Below, one piece after another: positions 24,641 through 37,225 of a stretch of 45,046 nucleotides of DNA. Under the pieces are notes generated by a model. It was not told the origin of the DNA. It saw nothing but the letters and a program-made list of their open reading frames with translations, and searched no databases. The DNA comes from Trichosphaerium sp. ATCC 40318. Lineage: Eukaryota; Protista; Tubulinea. A program made the translations under genes and the position numbers. The stretch lies in assembly GCA_038496445.1 (NCBI GenBank), contig JALMLS010000193.1, positions 1 through 45,046 of the forward strand, written 5' to 3'. Numbering within the stretch: the stretch's first letter is position 1; each line of letters starts with the position of its first letter.

Positions 24641-27600
24641 TTAATTGCCTGGAGCAGGCTGCTGTACGAATGCTTTGGCGCCTACCCTCTCTTTTGGTGG
24701 CTTTACAGCCACTACTTTACCCTTCTTGGCGTTTACAGTGCACTCTGTGATTAGATTCTTTAATATCTGCTCACGAGTTCGATGCATCTTATCAACGAAC
24801 GTAGGATGAAAATTCACGGTTGCACGTTCTGCATTGATGACTACAAGAGATAGTTAACATGGAATAAAGTAAAAACGGGCTTATTTGTACGTACGTTTAG
24901 TGAGTAAGAACTTTCGTAAGTATGGTCCTTCTTCAAAGATTTGTCGCTCTGGGAACTCTGGTCCAAAGGCAGGCACACCGTGCCTTCTTACTGTAGTAAT
25001 ACGGTACTGATTCTTGCCTTTATCACTCTTTTCTGCTACAGGAGATACAATAATGAAGACATCTCATAAGAGTCAAAGAAAGTAATTGACTTTGTCAAAA
25101 AAAAAAAAGCAAGCAAGTAGATGTAAAAGGATACGATTAAACTTTGATCTAAAGGTATCAGGGCTAAAAGGCGTATCGCCTTCTTTGAATACTACAATAA
25201 CAATATCGTTACCCAAGAATCTCTTTCTCTCAAGCTACAATAGCAATTAAAACCGTCGCATAGTACGAATAAGGCGTTTACCTGTTGAATATTCGTAGAG
25301 CTAGCCGGTATAAGCGTAGAAACATGAAACATCACCTCAAACTTCTTATCTAGGCATGTATACAACGAATATTTGCCTGTTGCGTTCTCTACAAATAAAA
25401 AAGTGAGTTTTCAAGGCGTTACTACTCTACGTGGGTAGATTTTATAGTAGAATGTGCTAGCACGTACGATTACTAGTGTCTAGACCACCTGAGTACTTTT
25501 TAAAGTCCCTTAGTTCTAATATATCACCCAAGTGCTCCATAAACGTTATCAAAGGTTCAGACATTACTTCTAAAGCGAAAAGTTATGAAGGATTATTTGC
25601 AACTATTAAATATTTTTCAAAAAAAAAACACTTACGATTTCCATAATACTCGAGCTCTTGTGTCTGTCCTTCACGGCAGAATAGTAACCCAAACTTATAG
25701 TTGGAGATTATTTCCTGATTCTCAAATTTTAATAATGAAGTTGATAGTGCAGGATCCTACAAAAAAATGTGTCAACAAAAACAAGAATTTCTTGAGAAAA
25801 AACAATACAAAAAAAAAAAAAAAAAGGAATCAATACCTTTACATGTACAAAAGGTACATTACCATACTGAGGTAAATACTTAACAATTGTACGTATTGTA
25901 CTTCCTTTATCCATAGGAAGACGCATATTCACTGTAGACTAGTAGAAATCGTTAAAAAAAGAAAAAGTTTGAAAATGTTTCAACGAACTAATTGTTTTCT
26001 ACAATTGTAAATAAAAGAGTTATTATTATTCCAGACGTACCAACTTATCACGCACAAGAACAAGTAAAGTTTGTCTATCTTGTAGCTTAGCTGAAATAAT
26101 AACAGGACCTGAAGGTGTAGTAACACAATAATTTGTATGTAAGTGTCCATAAAATAGTTGCTTAAAATGAGGAATATCCTTATTAGAAGTTGCAGTAATC
26201 TGCAAGAACCTATTAAAACAAAAAATTAGTTAAAAATGCAAAAGCAATGCAAGCCTCCTATAATACAAGGGCTCACATATTCTTTGAAGCTGTAAAGCTA
26301 CAAACAAGTGTAATTTTATCATTGAAAAAAATTATTTTGTACAAAATACTTCAAAATTGCCTCAACGAACATCTTGATTAACGAGGGCTTCAATATTGTT
26401 TTTATGCATTTTAAGAAAACGGAAATTTAAAGTAAGAGAATCCAGAGAAACATACCTATCTAGTTCCTTTGTATTTGGTGCACCAAAATCTATATGCCAA
26501 TTGGCAGATTCTTGAATAATTTTTTTATCATCTTCAGTCATCTCTTTCTTTCTAGGGCTCAACTTGTGTACACCAAATCCCATTGATGTACGATCAGCTC
26601 TAGCTGATTTAGGAGAACGTTGGCTAAACTCCACAATAGGTGTCTCAGCAGAAGAAATACCAGATTGATCAGATAATGACCCTTTTAAAAACAGAAAATA
26701 AGTAAATCGCATTCACTCCGGTACTTAAGCAAATAACAACACTTACTCTTACGAATACCGTCCTTAGGTACATCACTTTTTTTCCCTTGGTTACTCTCCT
26801 TAATAGCCATATTCCATCTCATCTCCATCTCTTTCCGTTTGTCAACTGTTAGATCTACTGGTGCATTGGTGTTACCAACATTCACCCTTCCGCTTTGACG
26901 GTACAGCTTTAGTGATGATGGCTGTTCAGTATCTAGCTTCACTTTTTCTGAACCAATAACTTCTGTTGACTTTATGGAAATAAGCTTTGGCCTAAAGATG
27001 AATAAGGATGTTTCCAAAAAAAAAACCAAAAAAAAAATTACAACGAAAAAAAAAAGTAAAGGTAGTACATACAACACAACAGCAGATGTTTTTGTCAAAC
27101 GTGGAGGGTTGCTCTTGCTTGGGGTACGTGACTTTATCATATCATCGGTTTCGAGAAAATCATGAGAACGTGATAAACCCTTCTTTGGTGAAGGTGCAGA
27201 AAACTCTTTACCAAATTCTACCACCACAGGTTTTTGTAATATAGGTTTACCAGTAGGTGAAGGCTGTTTTGGTGTCGTTTCAGGTGCTGATTTTATATCA
27301 ATAGCAAACCTCGGTAGAGAAGATATTTGAGGTGACTTGACTTGAGCTTGTCCGAATCGAGGCTCAACAATTGCATTTTTTTGCGACGGCTGTGGAGCGC
27401 TCATTGATAACGTCTGGTTAGATTCTAATCTTAGACTTCGTCTATTTGCTAACTGCTCAAGTGGAGGCCGTTTATACACTGGCGTTGATGGTGTTGAGCC
27501 ATCATTAGAAGGTTCAGATTCTTCTAAAAGAGTTAACAAAAGGTAAATTATTATTTAAATTTCTTATTACCAATAACTAAAAGTGGTCTTCTTCCTTTTC

Positions 27601-29305
27601 TAACTGCAGCAGGTTGGGCACTCCAATCACGATACGAATTTGAACTTTCATGGTTAGAGAATACAAGGCTTGATAAATCTACTCTATCTTGAACTGTTCT
27701 AGCAGAATTAGGTCTGCTGTCATCATTTCCTAACAGAGGGGTTAAGGAAAAAAATAAGCACATAAAAATGTGACTTACGCATCAATTGACTGATTGGTAG
27801 TTTACGCTTCCAATCAGAAGGTCCTGCTACACTATGACGGTAGTCCATTCTCGACGCAGGAGCTGACGCTACAACTTTAGGATCCACTGGCGCTTTAGGT
27901 TCTAAAGAATAAAAGATGAATACTCTACATGACACTTGCTTCCTTACCTTGCACAGCTGTTGGCTTTTGTTTTGCTTGTGCCTTTGGTTGTGGGGAAATA
28001 ATTTTAGGCTCTGGGGCGTTCATTGAAGGGCCTTGAAGTGTCTGGGATCGTTTAAGTTCTCCTTTACTAATTTCTCGTAATTTAGAAAACAAATCATAAT
28101 CAGTGTGTTTCAACACTTGCAGAGCCTCTGATTTATCAGCTTTGGTTACTGATGGTTTCACTAATGATAATTAAGTAAATATAACAGGAAATAATAAATG
28201 AAAACAGATATCTAAGACAGCTAATAACACACCAAGGATGTTGGAATTGAAACAAAATCAAAAAAAAATTTCAAAAAAAAAGGACGCACAATGTGTCAGT
28301 AGTGATGTAATCTGATCCTTTTTATCCGGAGATAAAGCACTTGGTCTCTTAGTTGTCGGTACATCTGCAGGATCAGGAAAACGGTCTTTCAAGTCTTTTA
28401 TCAATACCTTTAAAAAAAAAATCGTTAAAAACCACATAAAACTAAATAAAAAACACCAACAACGCCAAATATAACAATATAAATCAAAAAAAAATAACAA
28501 AAAAATTTGAACGTTAAACAAAATAAAAAGGCGATTATTTACCTTGTGTATAGGCACAAATAGAGCCATGATAAGAATAAGCTCAATAGATTGAACAGAT
28601 ACAAACACGAAGTTGAAGACTACGCCTATTTTGGATCCTAATAAAAAAAAGTTAAATAACGGGCTCACAAACGCTTATTCTACATGTTTTGTCTGTAAAC
28701 AAGAGTAACAGTAAACGTTAAAACCAAAAACAGTAAAATAGAGTTGATGTACCCACTAGCCAGTACAGGTTATCTGCATTGTGTAGAAATTCACCTAGTT
28801 CTGGTATTTGTGTATGTTCTAGAGTAGTATAAGCGTTTTTAATGTCGTGCGGATCTGTTTGGATTTTTTGGGCTTTTTTAGCTTAGAACTAAAGAAAATG
28901 TACCCTCTGGCATTGCAGCTCTTGAAACGCCGGCGTCTCCTGTTGGCCAATCATGTAGTAACTAAAACGACAATAAAGCTCCGAAAAACGGCAGGAGATG
29001 ATATATAAGCCCAACAAGGCGCAAAGACGTGGAGAAATGATCTTACATCCGCAATAGACGTTAATGCATCAAACAGATACGTTGATTCGCCCATTTGATC
29101 CAACGATGATATGTCAAGCAATGCAGCCCTCATTTGGTTCAACCTAAAGCAAAATGTTTAAAAATTGCCAATTTACGGCAACTAACCTAATGAGCAACCG
29201 ATTTATGACGGTAAGCAGTAGGTCGCGTATGGTACCAGCTCTAGGGTCCAAGCTGGCAGCAGCGATACCTCTGTACGAAACTCGGCCATTAATACGTGTT
29301 TCCAT
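24641..29305 (-). CDS. Rap/Ran-GAP domain protein with a long Ser/Pro-rich middle region, multi-exon
   Basis: C-terminal RapGAP motifs YSGGLD, TGKYSLYT, EVMFHVSTLIP, LEKKRFLGNDIVIIVFKEG, FLLTKLINAERA, RTREQILKNL. First ATG at 29305; stop at 24641. Confidence 0.9.
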
Positions 29306-29584
29306 ATTGCCTGTATCTTGCTATCATTGGTAAATGGACTTTACTCCAACAACCTCCCTTAAGTGGCTCTATTTGTGAAACTCGTATAAAACGTATCTAA
29401 CGCTTCGAATCAAAGGAGTGGCGCATACAACACGCGGAAAAAGCAAACAAACGCAAAATAAAAAGTATCACTAGCTAGTACGAAGCCAGTTGCTTTATTA
29501 TAGCGTAGTATTGATCGCCTTTTTCAGAATAAGATACTCGTAAATTACGGAAAGTGTTACCAGCTTGGTTTTTAGTATTGGAGT

Positions 29585-31752
29585 ATGCCAAGGCAAATTC
29601 AGGTCATAGTACCAGCAGGTACATCATTTTTTAACGTTATCCTGAAACAAACGGCGTATTAACAACACTTCAATAGGTGCTGCTAGCTCATCACAGATAC
29701 AACCGTCCATAAACGCATTGGTTAAATACCTAAAAGCGAGTCCACACGCATTTGCAATTAGTACGTTTTTGTCTCGATCATTTTTGGTCTCTAGAAGATT
29801 CCACTTGCTCTAGCTTCTGCTACGTACTATTAACATTTTGAGTGCATGAGTTAACTTGCTTTTTTTGAAATAAAACGCCTAGAGCTCTTGAGAGGGTGTT
29901 TTTAAGCGTAAAATCGTCGATCATAACGTTAAAATCGGCGATTGGATAGTTTACCGGTTTTTGTATTTAAATCAACTTTTTCGCACCTCTGACGTGTCTT
30001 CTAGCTGAATTTCGAGGTGTAGATGCTACTATGTTTCAATTCAGATGTACTGACAAACACGTGGGTATTATAATGGATGATATGGCAGAATTTGGAGCTG
30101 GTATTGACTTTGGGGTTATAGACATTTTACCTCTTCAATCCACCAAACCACGGTTAGCTACAAACCATATCACGCCTCTGAATAGGAAAAAATACAAGTA
30201 CGTCCATCACAAGAGGTGTGGCAACGTGCAGTGTGCCTGTAAAAAAATAGCTTCAAAGTTGCAAAGATATTCCAGTTTTTTTTGGGTTGTTTGTTGTACT
30301 CTTATATCGTTTGATAGGATGTCTGATCGTATGTCAATAGAAGAAATATATGAAACTGTTGATAGTCAATTACATTTGACGTTTGATTATTTAGCTATGA
30401 TTGTTGTTGCCGCAATTATTGCTGGTAAGTAAATTACTGGCTTTTTTTTGGACATGTGCAAATGACAGAATTGACGCCTTTTCTTAAACAGGAGCTGGTT
30501 TAGCTACCGATAGTTCAGCATCCGTTGTGGCCTCAATGATTGTTTCACCACTTATGGGACCTAGTACGTACAGAAAGCATTTAAAAGAAATTTTTTTCGT
30601 TTGGAAGAAAAAACAAAAAAAAGTCTAACCTCAACATGTCAGTTATGGGTCTCACGTTTGGTACAATTATCAGGTGCGTTACAATATATAAACTACGTAT
30701 TCAACTATTTTCTTACCATACTCTTTTTTTAAATAATGTGATAGGAGTAAGACTATGGTTTATAAAGGGTTTAGAAATGAGGTTTACGGATTAGTATTAA
30801 CGTTTATTGTTGGCGTTGTTTTTGGCATTGTCCTCTTTTTTACAAGTGTACCTTGGCCAACTGTTGAAATGACATCAAGGTACGTAGTTATAGTATTTTT
30901 CACATGGTCTATCCTTGAAAAGAACCTTTCAATTCTTTGTTTAACAATCACGTTTTTGAAAAAAATACAAAATATTTAACAATTGTTTATAGAGGTACAT
31001 TATCCTCCTTATGGGGAGGTATAGCAATAGCAGTACCTAGTGGTGCTGGGGTAGCATTAGCACTAACTGGACCATACTCTGGTGCTTTAATTGGTACGTA
31101 CTGATTAAGTTACATCCAACAATAAGTTCCTAAATGTTGGCACATTTAGGTATTGCAATTAGTGCAGCTCTACTTCCGCCTGTTGTAAACTCTGGTATGA
31201 ACCTAGCATATGGTATTTTAGCTATCATATTAGACTACAAATCATATGAGCATCAGGGTTCAGGTGTTAAATCTAAAGAAATGGGTAAGAAGTGGTTAAG
31301 TATCGCTGAATACTCTTTTCTACTTTTTCTACTGAATTGGATTTGTATCTATCTCACTGCTCTACTTGTATTTTGGGTATGCCTAAGACTTTATTTTCAG
31401 TAAAAAAATAATTGAGTACGCTAATAATAAACATAGATCAAACAAGTGGGCCCAAGAAAGCGTAACTCAGCAAAGAAAGGTAAGTATCTTTTTGTTGTTT
31501 TTTTTTTTCTTCGAAACCAGAAAAAATTTTTGTGCATGTGCATGCCACGTGACTTAATATTGTTTTTTGCTGTTATTAAGTTTTTCTTTAGATCGTAGAC
31601 TACAATCTGTAGTTGAAGAACCAAGGAAAATAACATCATCATCTAACTTGAACGCACTTCTACTCAGTGATGATGATGATAGTGATTCGCCTTTATTGAA
31701 TAATGCACTTCTTGCCTCTCCTTCTTCTGATATATCAATTATGTCAACCTAA
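29585..31752 (+). CDS. DUF389 family membrane protein, multi-exon
   Basis: MPRQIQVIVP start; FDYLAMIVVAAIIAGAGLATDSSASVVASMIVSPLMGP, IAIAVPSGAGVALA, GIAISAALLPPVVNSG. Confidence 0.9.
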
Positions 31753-32062
31753 AAGCAAAACAAGTAGTACGTACTACAGAGTCATTTTAGACTTGTATTT
31801 AAGCTTTTTTCATCATAACTGTGAATAAAATGTATAAAACTTTTTTAACCTACATCATATTTACTGCTTCTACCAGTTAGTAGCGTGTAATCACAATACA
31901 GGAAAATAACATCATGACAAAACCTTGTTCAGACACCATCTCTTTAGTCAAACGCGGTCCCAATCAATTTCATACGTTAAGAAACAAATGCAGTTTCACT
32001 TGGTGTTTATCGCTATCTACTAATGTCTTTACCCCTTCAGCTAAGGCCCATTTTTTGTACTA

Positions 32063-35000
32063 CTACTCCGTAACCTTCAGACCTCTTGTTTAAATATGAT
32101 TGCAATAATTCTTGTTTAAAGAGTCACTTAAAAATGGTGTAGAGGTTTGTATCAAAAATACAACAAAGGTTTGTTTGAAATAGGCACTGATTGTTTTTAT
32201 TCGCTTATCAACTTGAACACTTTTTTCTCTATCAAGAGGATTGATTGAATGTCAAAAGAGTTATTCCTTTCTTTCTCTCTTTGATTTTGCTTCCTTACCT
32301 TTTATCTTTTTTTTCCTGTAAAAGCAAAAATGTCAACAACAAAATCACGTGCGAATTTTATACACGTACCCGCTTTCAGCAGATCCCCAAGGTACATCCT
32401 CACGACGTCCCTCAGTGAATGGATAAATGTACACAGTATATTTTTCAACCTTGTTATGATTCTCAGCAAGCCATGTTGCATCATAACCGTTTTTCTTATC
32501 AAACTCGATTGTTGCATAATTCCTTCTCATTATATGTGTCTTTCCAGTCTTGAATTTATGAAGAGCGCCTTTAATCAATGGTGATACTTTATGTACTTGA
32601 TAGGCTCCAATAACATATAATCCTTGTTTTATGAGAGCATCTAAATTCATGTGAATTAGAGAAGAGCACAAAAAAAAAAGCAAAAAAAAACAAGCTTTAG
32701 ACGTTGTGAGTATTGGCTGGTGTAGTAGTTAGAGCGCTAATATGTAGATAGATAACTGACTATGCTATGAGTTATATGTGAGTTTCGTACTTGATACACC
32801 TGGCATTGATCCGATGCCTGAAGATACGATGTTATTTACAATTGTAGAATTATTTGTAATTTTTTCTCCATCTTCTGTCTTAGCCATACTCAATACACCA
32901 TGTACTGCAATATGCGCGTCTCCTGATAGTATAGAAAGCCTACAATTCTTTTGTGCTCTTACAAAGTCGAAGAGTTTATTGACAAGAAATCGACGCTCTT
33001 CTTTATGGTGATGAGAACTCCATTGATCTATCAAGTCATCAGCGACTTCAGCTTTGGACTTTTCAACAATCTACAGTTTGTATGAGTATGTAGTAACATC
33101 ACGTGATTTTGAAATTATTTGACTGTTAAATCACGTGCCTTATCCACGAAAGCACCTAAAGTGTTGTATATTACGGGTACAGGCGACACTAGGAAGAAGT
33201 GATGGATAGGCTTGCTTTTTAGCGAGTCGAGATAGGCGTCTATTGCTTCATACGTTTGTTTGCTTAATATTTGCTTTATCGTCCTTTCAGAGCGGATATC
33301 TAGCGTAAGAAAAGCTATGTTATTCACATACTGAGCAAATGTAAAATCTACAATAGTGACGTCAGATTAAAGTTGAAAGAAGGCAACTTAGGTTTTCTAT
33401 TTTTAGAAATAAACTTACGACTTTGTCCTGGAAGGAAAATACTCATGCTTTTTTTCTTCTTTATGTCAATTCCAAACTGAAATAATAATGTCATTTCTCT
33501 CGCTATAGCATATATCCCTTGAAATACATCCGAATTTTGTACCATATCTGGGTACTTGTTGAGTCAAAGAACAAAGCAGAAAACAAAGAAAAATCCAAAA
33601 AATAAAAGGTTTGGAAAGATACAGATCCAAAGCCATCAAATATGTCATGATCTAGTTCGCTGTCAGTACCATTATAGTAACAAAACTACAACATACCGTC
33701 CCATGTCATTACTGAAGGTACTTGACCAAGTACACGTCTAATATCTGAATGTCCCCAAGTCTCGATATATTTTGAGACATAAAAATCTGTTACTTCTTTT
33801 TTTAGCTTTGCTGTGAACTTCCAATCACGTTTTTCTTCCTCACTGGAATCCCAAAACATCTTTCCATCTTTATTTCGAAGACTTGGTAACTAATCATACG
33901 CGTAAACAACTAAAAGTGTAATTTTCTTTCAAAAAAAAACTCGCAAAAGAAATTCACCATGACATGAATCTATCACGTGTTTTTTATTTGAAACCTTCAA
34001 AACAGAAGTTTGATAAAATGATGCTTTAAAAATAAGTTTTTCGTACCTCCCATATTGAAGGGTAAGGAGCATCAGAATAAATTTGATCGCCACCTTGAAA
34101 AATCAAGTGATATTTTTGTCTTGTATGTGTTTTATACATATGCTTCCATAATTGGAATCCTAGCATTCCTCCCTTTGGGTCACTCTCTGGAGCGTTACAA
34201 CTACAGAAGAACAAACGTAAAGGAGTAAGAAGACCAGGTATCTGAATGCAAAATGAGCAGCTCAAATGACGAGAACAGGCAGCCTTTAAAGTACCTCAAC
34301 TTCATATTTGTCCATACCTATCTGGTACGTAATTGTCTTTGCCTCCTCGACTTGTTTAACAGTAAATTCATATTTCATAAGTTTAAGATGCTTCCAAGAC
34401 GCAAGTCGTGTTTGTTTAACCTTCTTCTGAGGCTTAAAATTCAAACGCAAGTCAGTATCTAAAAAAAAAAAGTTAAACCAAAAAACCAAAAAATTAGAAA
34501 ACCCGGTTATCTGAAACTCGAGTAATATTCCTCTTGCCTTTAGCGATTGTCTCATCAACAAGTATAAGTATACATAGCTTATATTCTCCCATTTCATTAC
34601 TCCCTTTGAACAAAATAACTGGTCCAAGTGGTACACCTTCAGTTTCTTTCCTTGCTATCGAACAATGTTAGCTTTAAAAACGATTGTTGATGTTTTCTGG
34701 AGTACTGAAAATTTGATTCTTGTTGATATGTCCAAAGCACTGTTTCTCCGGTCCACGCCAAATAAAATCACTATAGGTTCTCCCTACACCTTTAAGTTGT
34801 ATGGAGCTTCCAGATTTCGTCAGTGCTGTCTCTTTAGCAGTAGAAATACGTTCGCTTTTCATTCCTTTCGCTGGTCCTTTTTTGGCTTTCAATGGTTTTG
34901 TGCCTACAAGATAACGTATTCAATCAGCCTTGCGTCAGGTATTGATAATAGATCATCGTACCTCCCCATGAAAGAAATTGTACAACTTTTCCATTATTAT

Positions 35001-35393
35001 CTACAACAGCAACACCACTACCTTTAGAAGAGTCGTCCAATGTTAATTTGAAGTAAAGAACGCCCCATCCATTCTGCATATCTGAAAAAGTGCCCTTCAA
35101 ATCAAAATTACCAGCTACTTTACAGCTCTTTGCGTTATAAAAATATAACGACCAACCGTCAAGGCACGTGCCTTTAAAAAAATTACTGATGAAAACGCAC
35201 ATGATCAAATAAAAAACAACTTTGTGCTGTTTTTTTTTATAAAAGAAGGCGTACCAGCAGGTCCAGCGAGTTCGATACCTTCGCCTATGTCAACTAGAAA
35301 GTTTTGATAGTGTATTTCGTTTATAAACACGCTTCCATCCTCATGAATTACTTTATCATAAGTATCACCTTGTTTACCCTCAGGTGCCGCCAT
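32063..35393 (-). CDS. Lamin-tail-like (bacterial extracellular nuclease-associated) domain fused to a PhoD-like metallophosphatase; multi-exon, 3' end approximate
   Basis: N-terminal VFINEIHYQN..GEGIELAGPAGTCLDGWSLYFYN..VVQFLSWGG..GPAKGMKS..SIQLKGVG. PhoD motifs CSCN, GGDQIYSD, DDHDIFDGFGS, LDIRSERT, DDLIDQW and ILSGDAH. Confidence 0.88.
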
Positions 35394-36062
35394 TGATTTT
35401 ATGTTTATCTGTTTTGTTTGATTACAAATATGGATTTTTATTTTGTAGTACAAAAAGTCAATTTGCGTCATCTGTGATTCAACTTGCGCGTGTTTATCAC
35501 GCGACATTGCAACATGCGCTAATCTTTCAGTCACTTATCTGTAGCCAATACAATTTGATAAAAATACAGCTTATGTAAAGGGCTTTTGGTCTTTAACTTA
35601 AAAGAACAGGCGTTAGAGATGGCAGTGTTATTTCATTGATTTTCTTAACCACGTGATTGTCATGTGACTATAATGTCCCATGTTACTACCTCTACTAATA
35701 GTTGACTTTGTTAGTTCAACCAAAATTGAAACGATAGAATTTTAGTTTACCATTAGGTGTTTGATGATAGATAACCCGGCAAAAAAGTAGACTTTGCAAT
35801 CAAAACTTCACTACTTCAACAAACAGCTTCTGTGGTTAGATTCCTTTGTGGACCTGAGTATTGATATACTGCAAGTATGCTTGATCTCACTTGATTGCAA
35901 AAGACATTGCTAAATTTCATACATTTACATTAGCAGAAGCGTTAATGCTCCATTTTGATACAACAAGCAGTTTAGGAAGTAAACTGTAGTCTGATTCTAC
36001 TTGTTGTATGTTTATTGATTCTTTACAATGATAATTGGTACACCAAGTATGGTTTTGCGATC

Positions 36063-36458
36063 TCAGCAGCTTCCACAAGCAGCTTCACTCCAGCAACACC
36101 ATTTATCACTTCTGATGCGAAAGCATAATGGAGATCCAGGGTAGCAGTATGCAGTTGAACCTAAAAAAAGTAAGTATTAAGAATACCATTCTTTGATTTT
36201 TCACATACATTGACCATTCTTTTCACGACCACGTTTACGCCATCCAGGAGGACACCATCCATTTGTATCACATGTTTCGCCACACAACAATGGTCCTTGC
36301 TAGTGGCACGTTAACATACAATGTAGAAGTAGGGGTCGACATACCTCAGTTGATCTCTTTTCGTGCATATCTGGCATTTCTTCAGAGTCTTTAGATTGGA
36401 CCGCCAAGGCAACAGTTAATGCCATGAGTACAAAAGCAAAAAGAAAAGTTGCTTTCAT
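36063..36458 (-). CDS. Secreted cysteine-rich prepropeptide, copy A (3 exons, 100 aa)
   Basis: Spliced product MKATFLFAFVLMALTVALAVQSKDSEEMPDMHEKR-STEQGPLLCGETCDTNGWCPPGWRKRGREKNGQCSTAYCYPGSPLCFRIRSDKWCCWSEAACGSC*, with two canonical GTATGT...TAG introns. Confidence 0.9.
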
Positions 36459-36812
36459 TGTTCTATGAGGTGTGGTTGTTCTTGTTATGGTTTGTATTTA
36501 TAATCAGATATCAATATGATTTAAGTCTTACGTGAAATGTTACGGTAAATTATTAATCTGTTATCGGGTTGAAGCTTTGTTATGCTGTCTAATACTGTTT
36601 TTACACCCAAATATAATGCTGTTTCTGTTAGCTGTATTGATACCAAAGAGATTATGGATAAAAGATTTAGCGAAAAAGAAATGAGGTAAACGACTTACGA
36701 TACTTTATTTCAGTGAATAACCAGACTTAAAATCGATGTCTAAGTGCATTCAAACAAAACCAAAATATAAAACAACAACCAACAACAAACCTCTTCTTCA
36801 AACAAACAACAA
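36459..36812. promoter_or_regulatory. Divergent promoter region between the two peptide genes
   Basis: TATAAA on the minus strand at 36497-36502 and TATAAAA on the plus strand at 36766-36772, each about 40 nt from its ATG. Confidence 0.6.
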
Positions 36813-37225
36813 ATGAACACAACAATTTTATTTGTATTGGTGACTTTGGCATTGATACCAATTGCCTTGACGACCCAATCTAAAGACTCTGAAGAAATGC
36901 CAGATATGCATGAAAAGAGATCAACTGAGGTATGTCGACACTCCCTAGTTCTACATTGCATGTTAATTAATGCCCCATTCTAGCAAGGACCATTGTTGTG
37001 TGGCGAAACATGTGATACAAATGGATGGTGTCCTCCTGGATGGCGTAAACGTGGTCGTGAAAAGAATGGTCAATGTACGTGAAAATCCAAAAGTGGTAGC
37101 AAACTTCTTAGTACTTACCTTTATTAGGTTCAACTGCATACTGCTACCCTGGATCTCCATTATGCTTTCGCATCAGAAGTGATAAATGGTGTTGCTGGAG
37201 TGAAGCTGCTTGTGGAAGCTGTTAG
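36813..37225 (+). CDS. Secreted cysteine-rich prepropeptide, copy B (exons 36813-36929, 36984-37074, 37128-37225; 101 aa)
   Basis: MNTTILFVLVTLALIPIALTTQSKDSEEMPDMHEKR followed by the same 65-aa, 10-Cys peptide as copy A; AATAAA downstream. Confidence 0.9.

Noticed and set aside
36963-37182. ORF-track ORFs over peptide copy B
   Set aside because: Wrong frame or strand; the spliced model is supported by the inverted paralogue.
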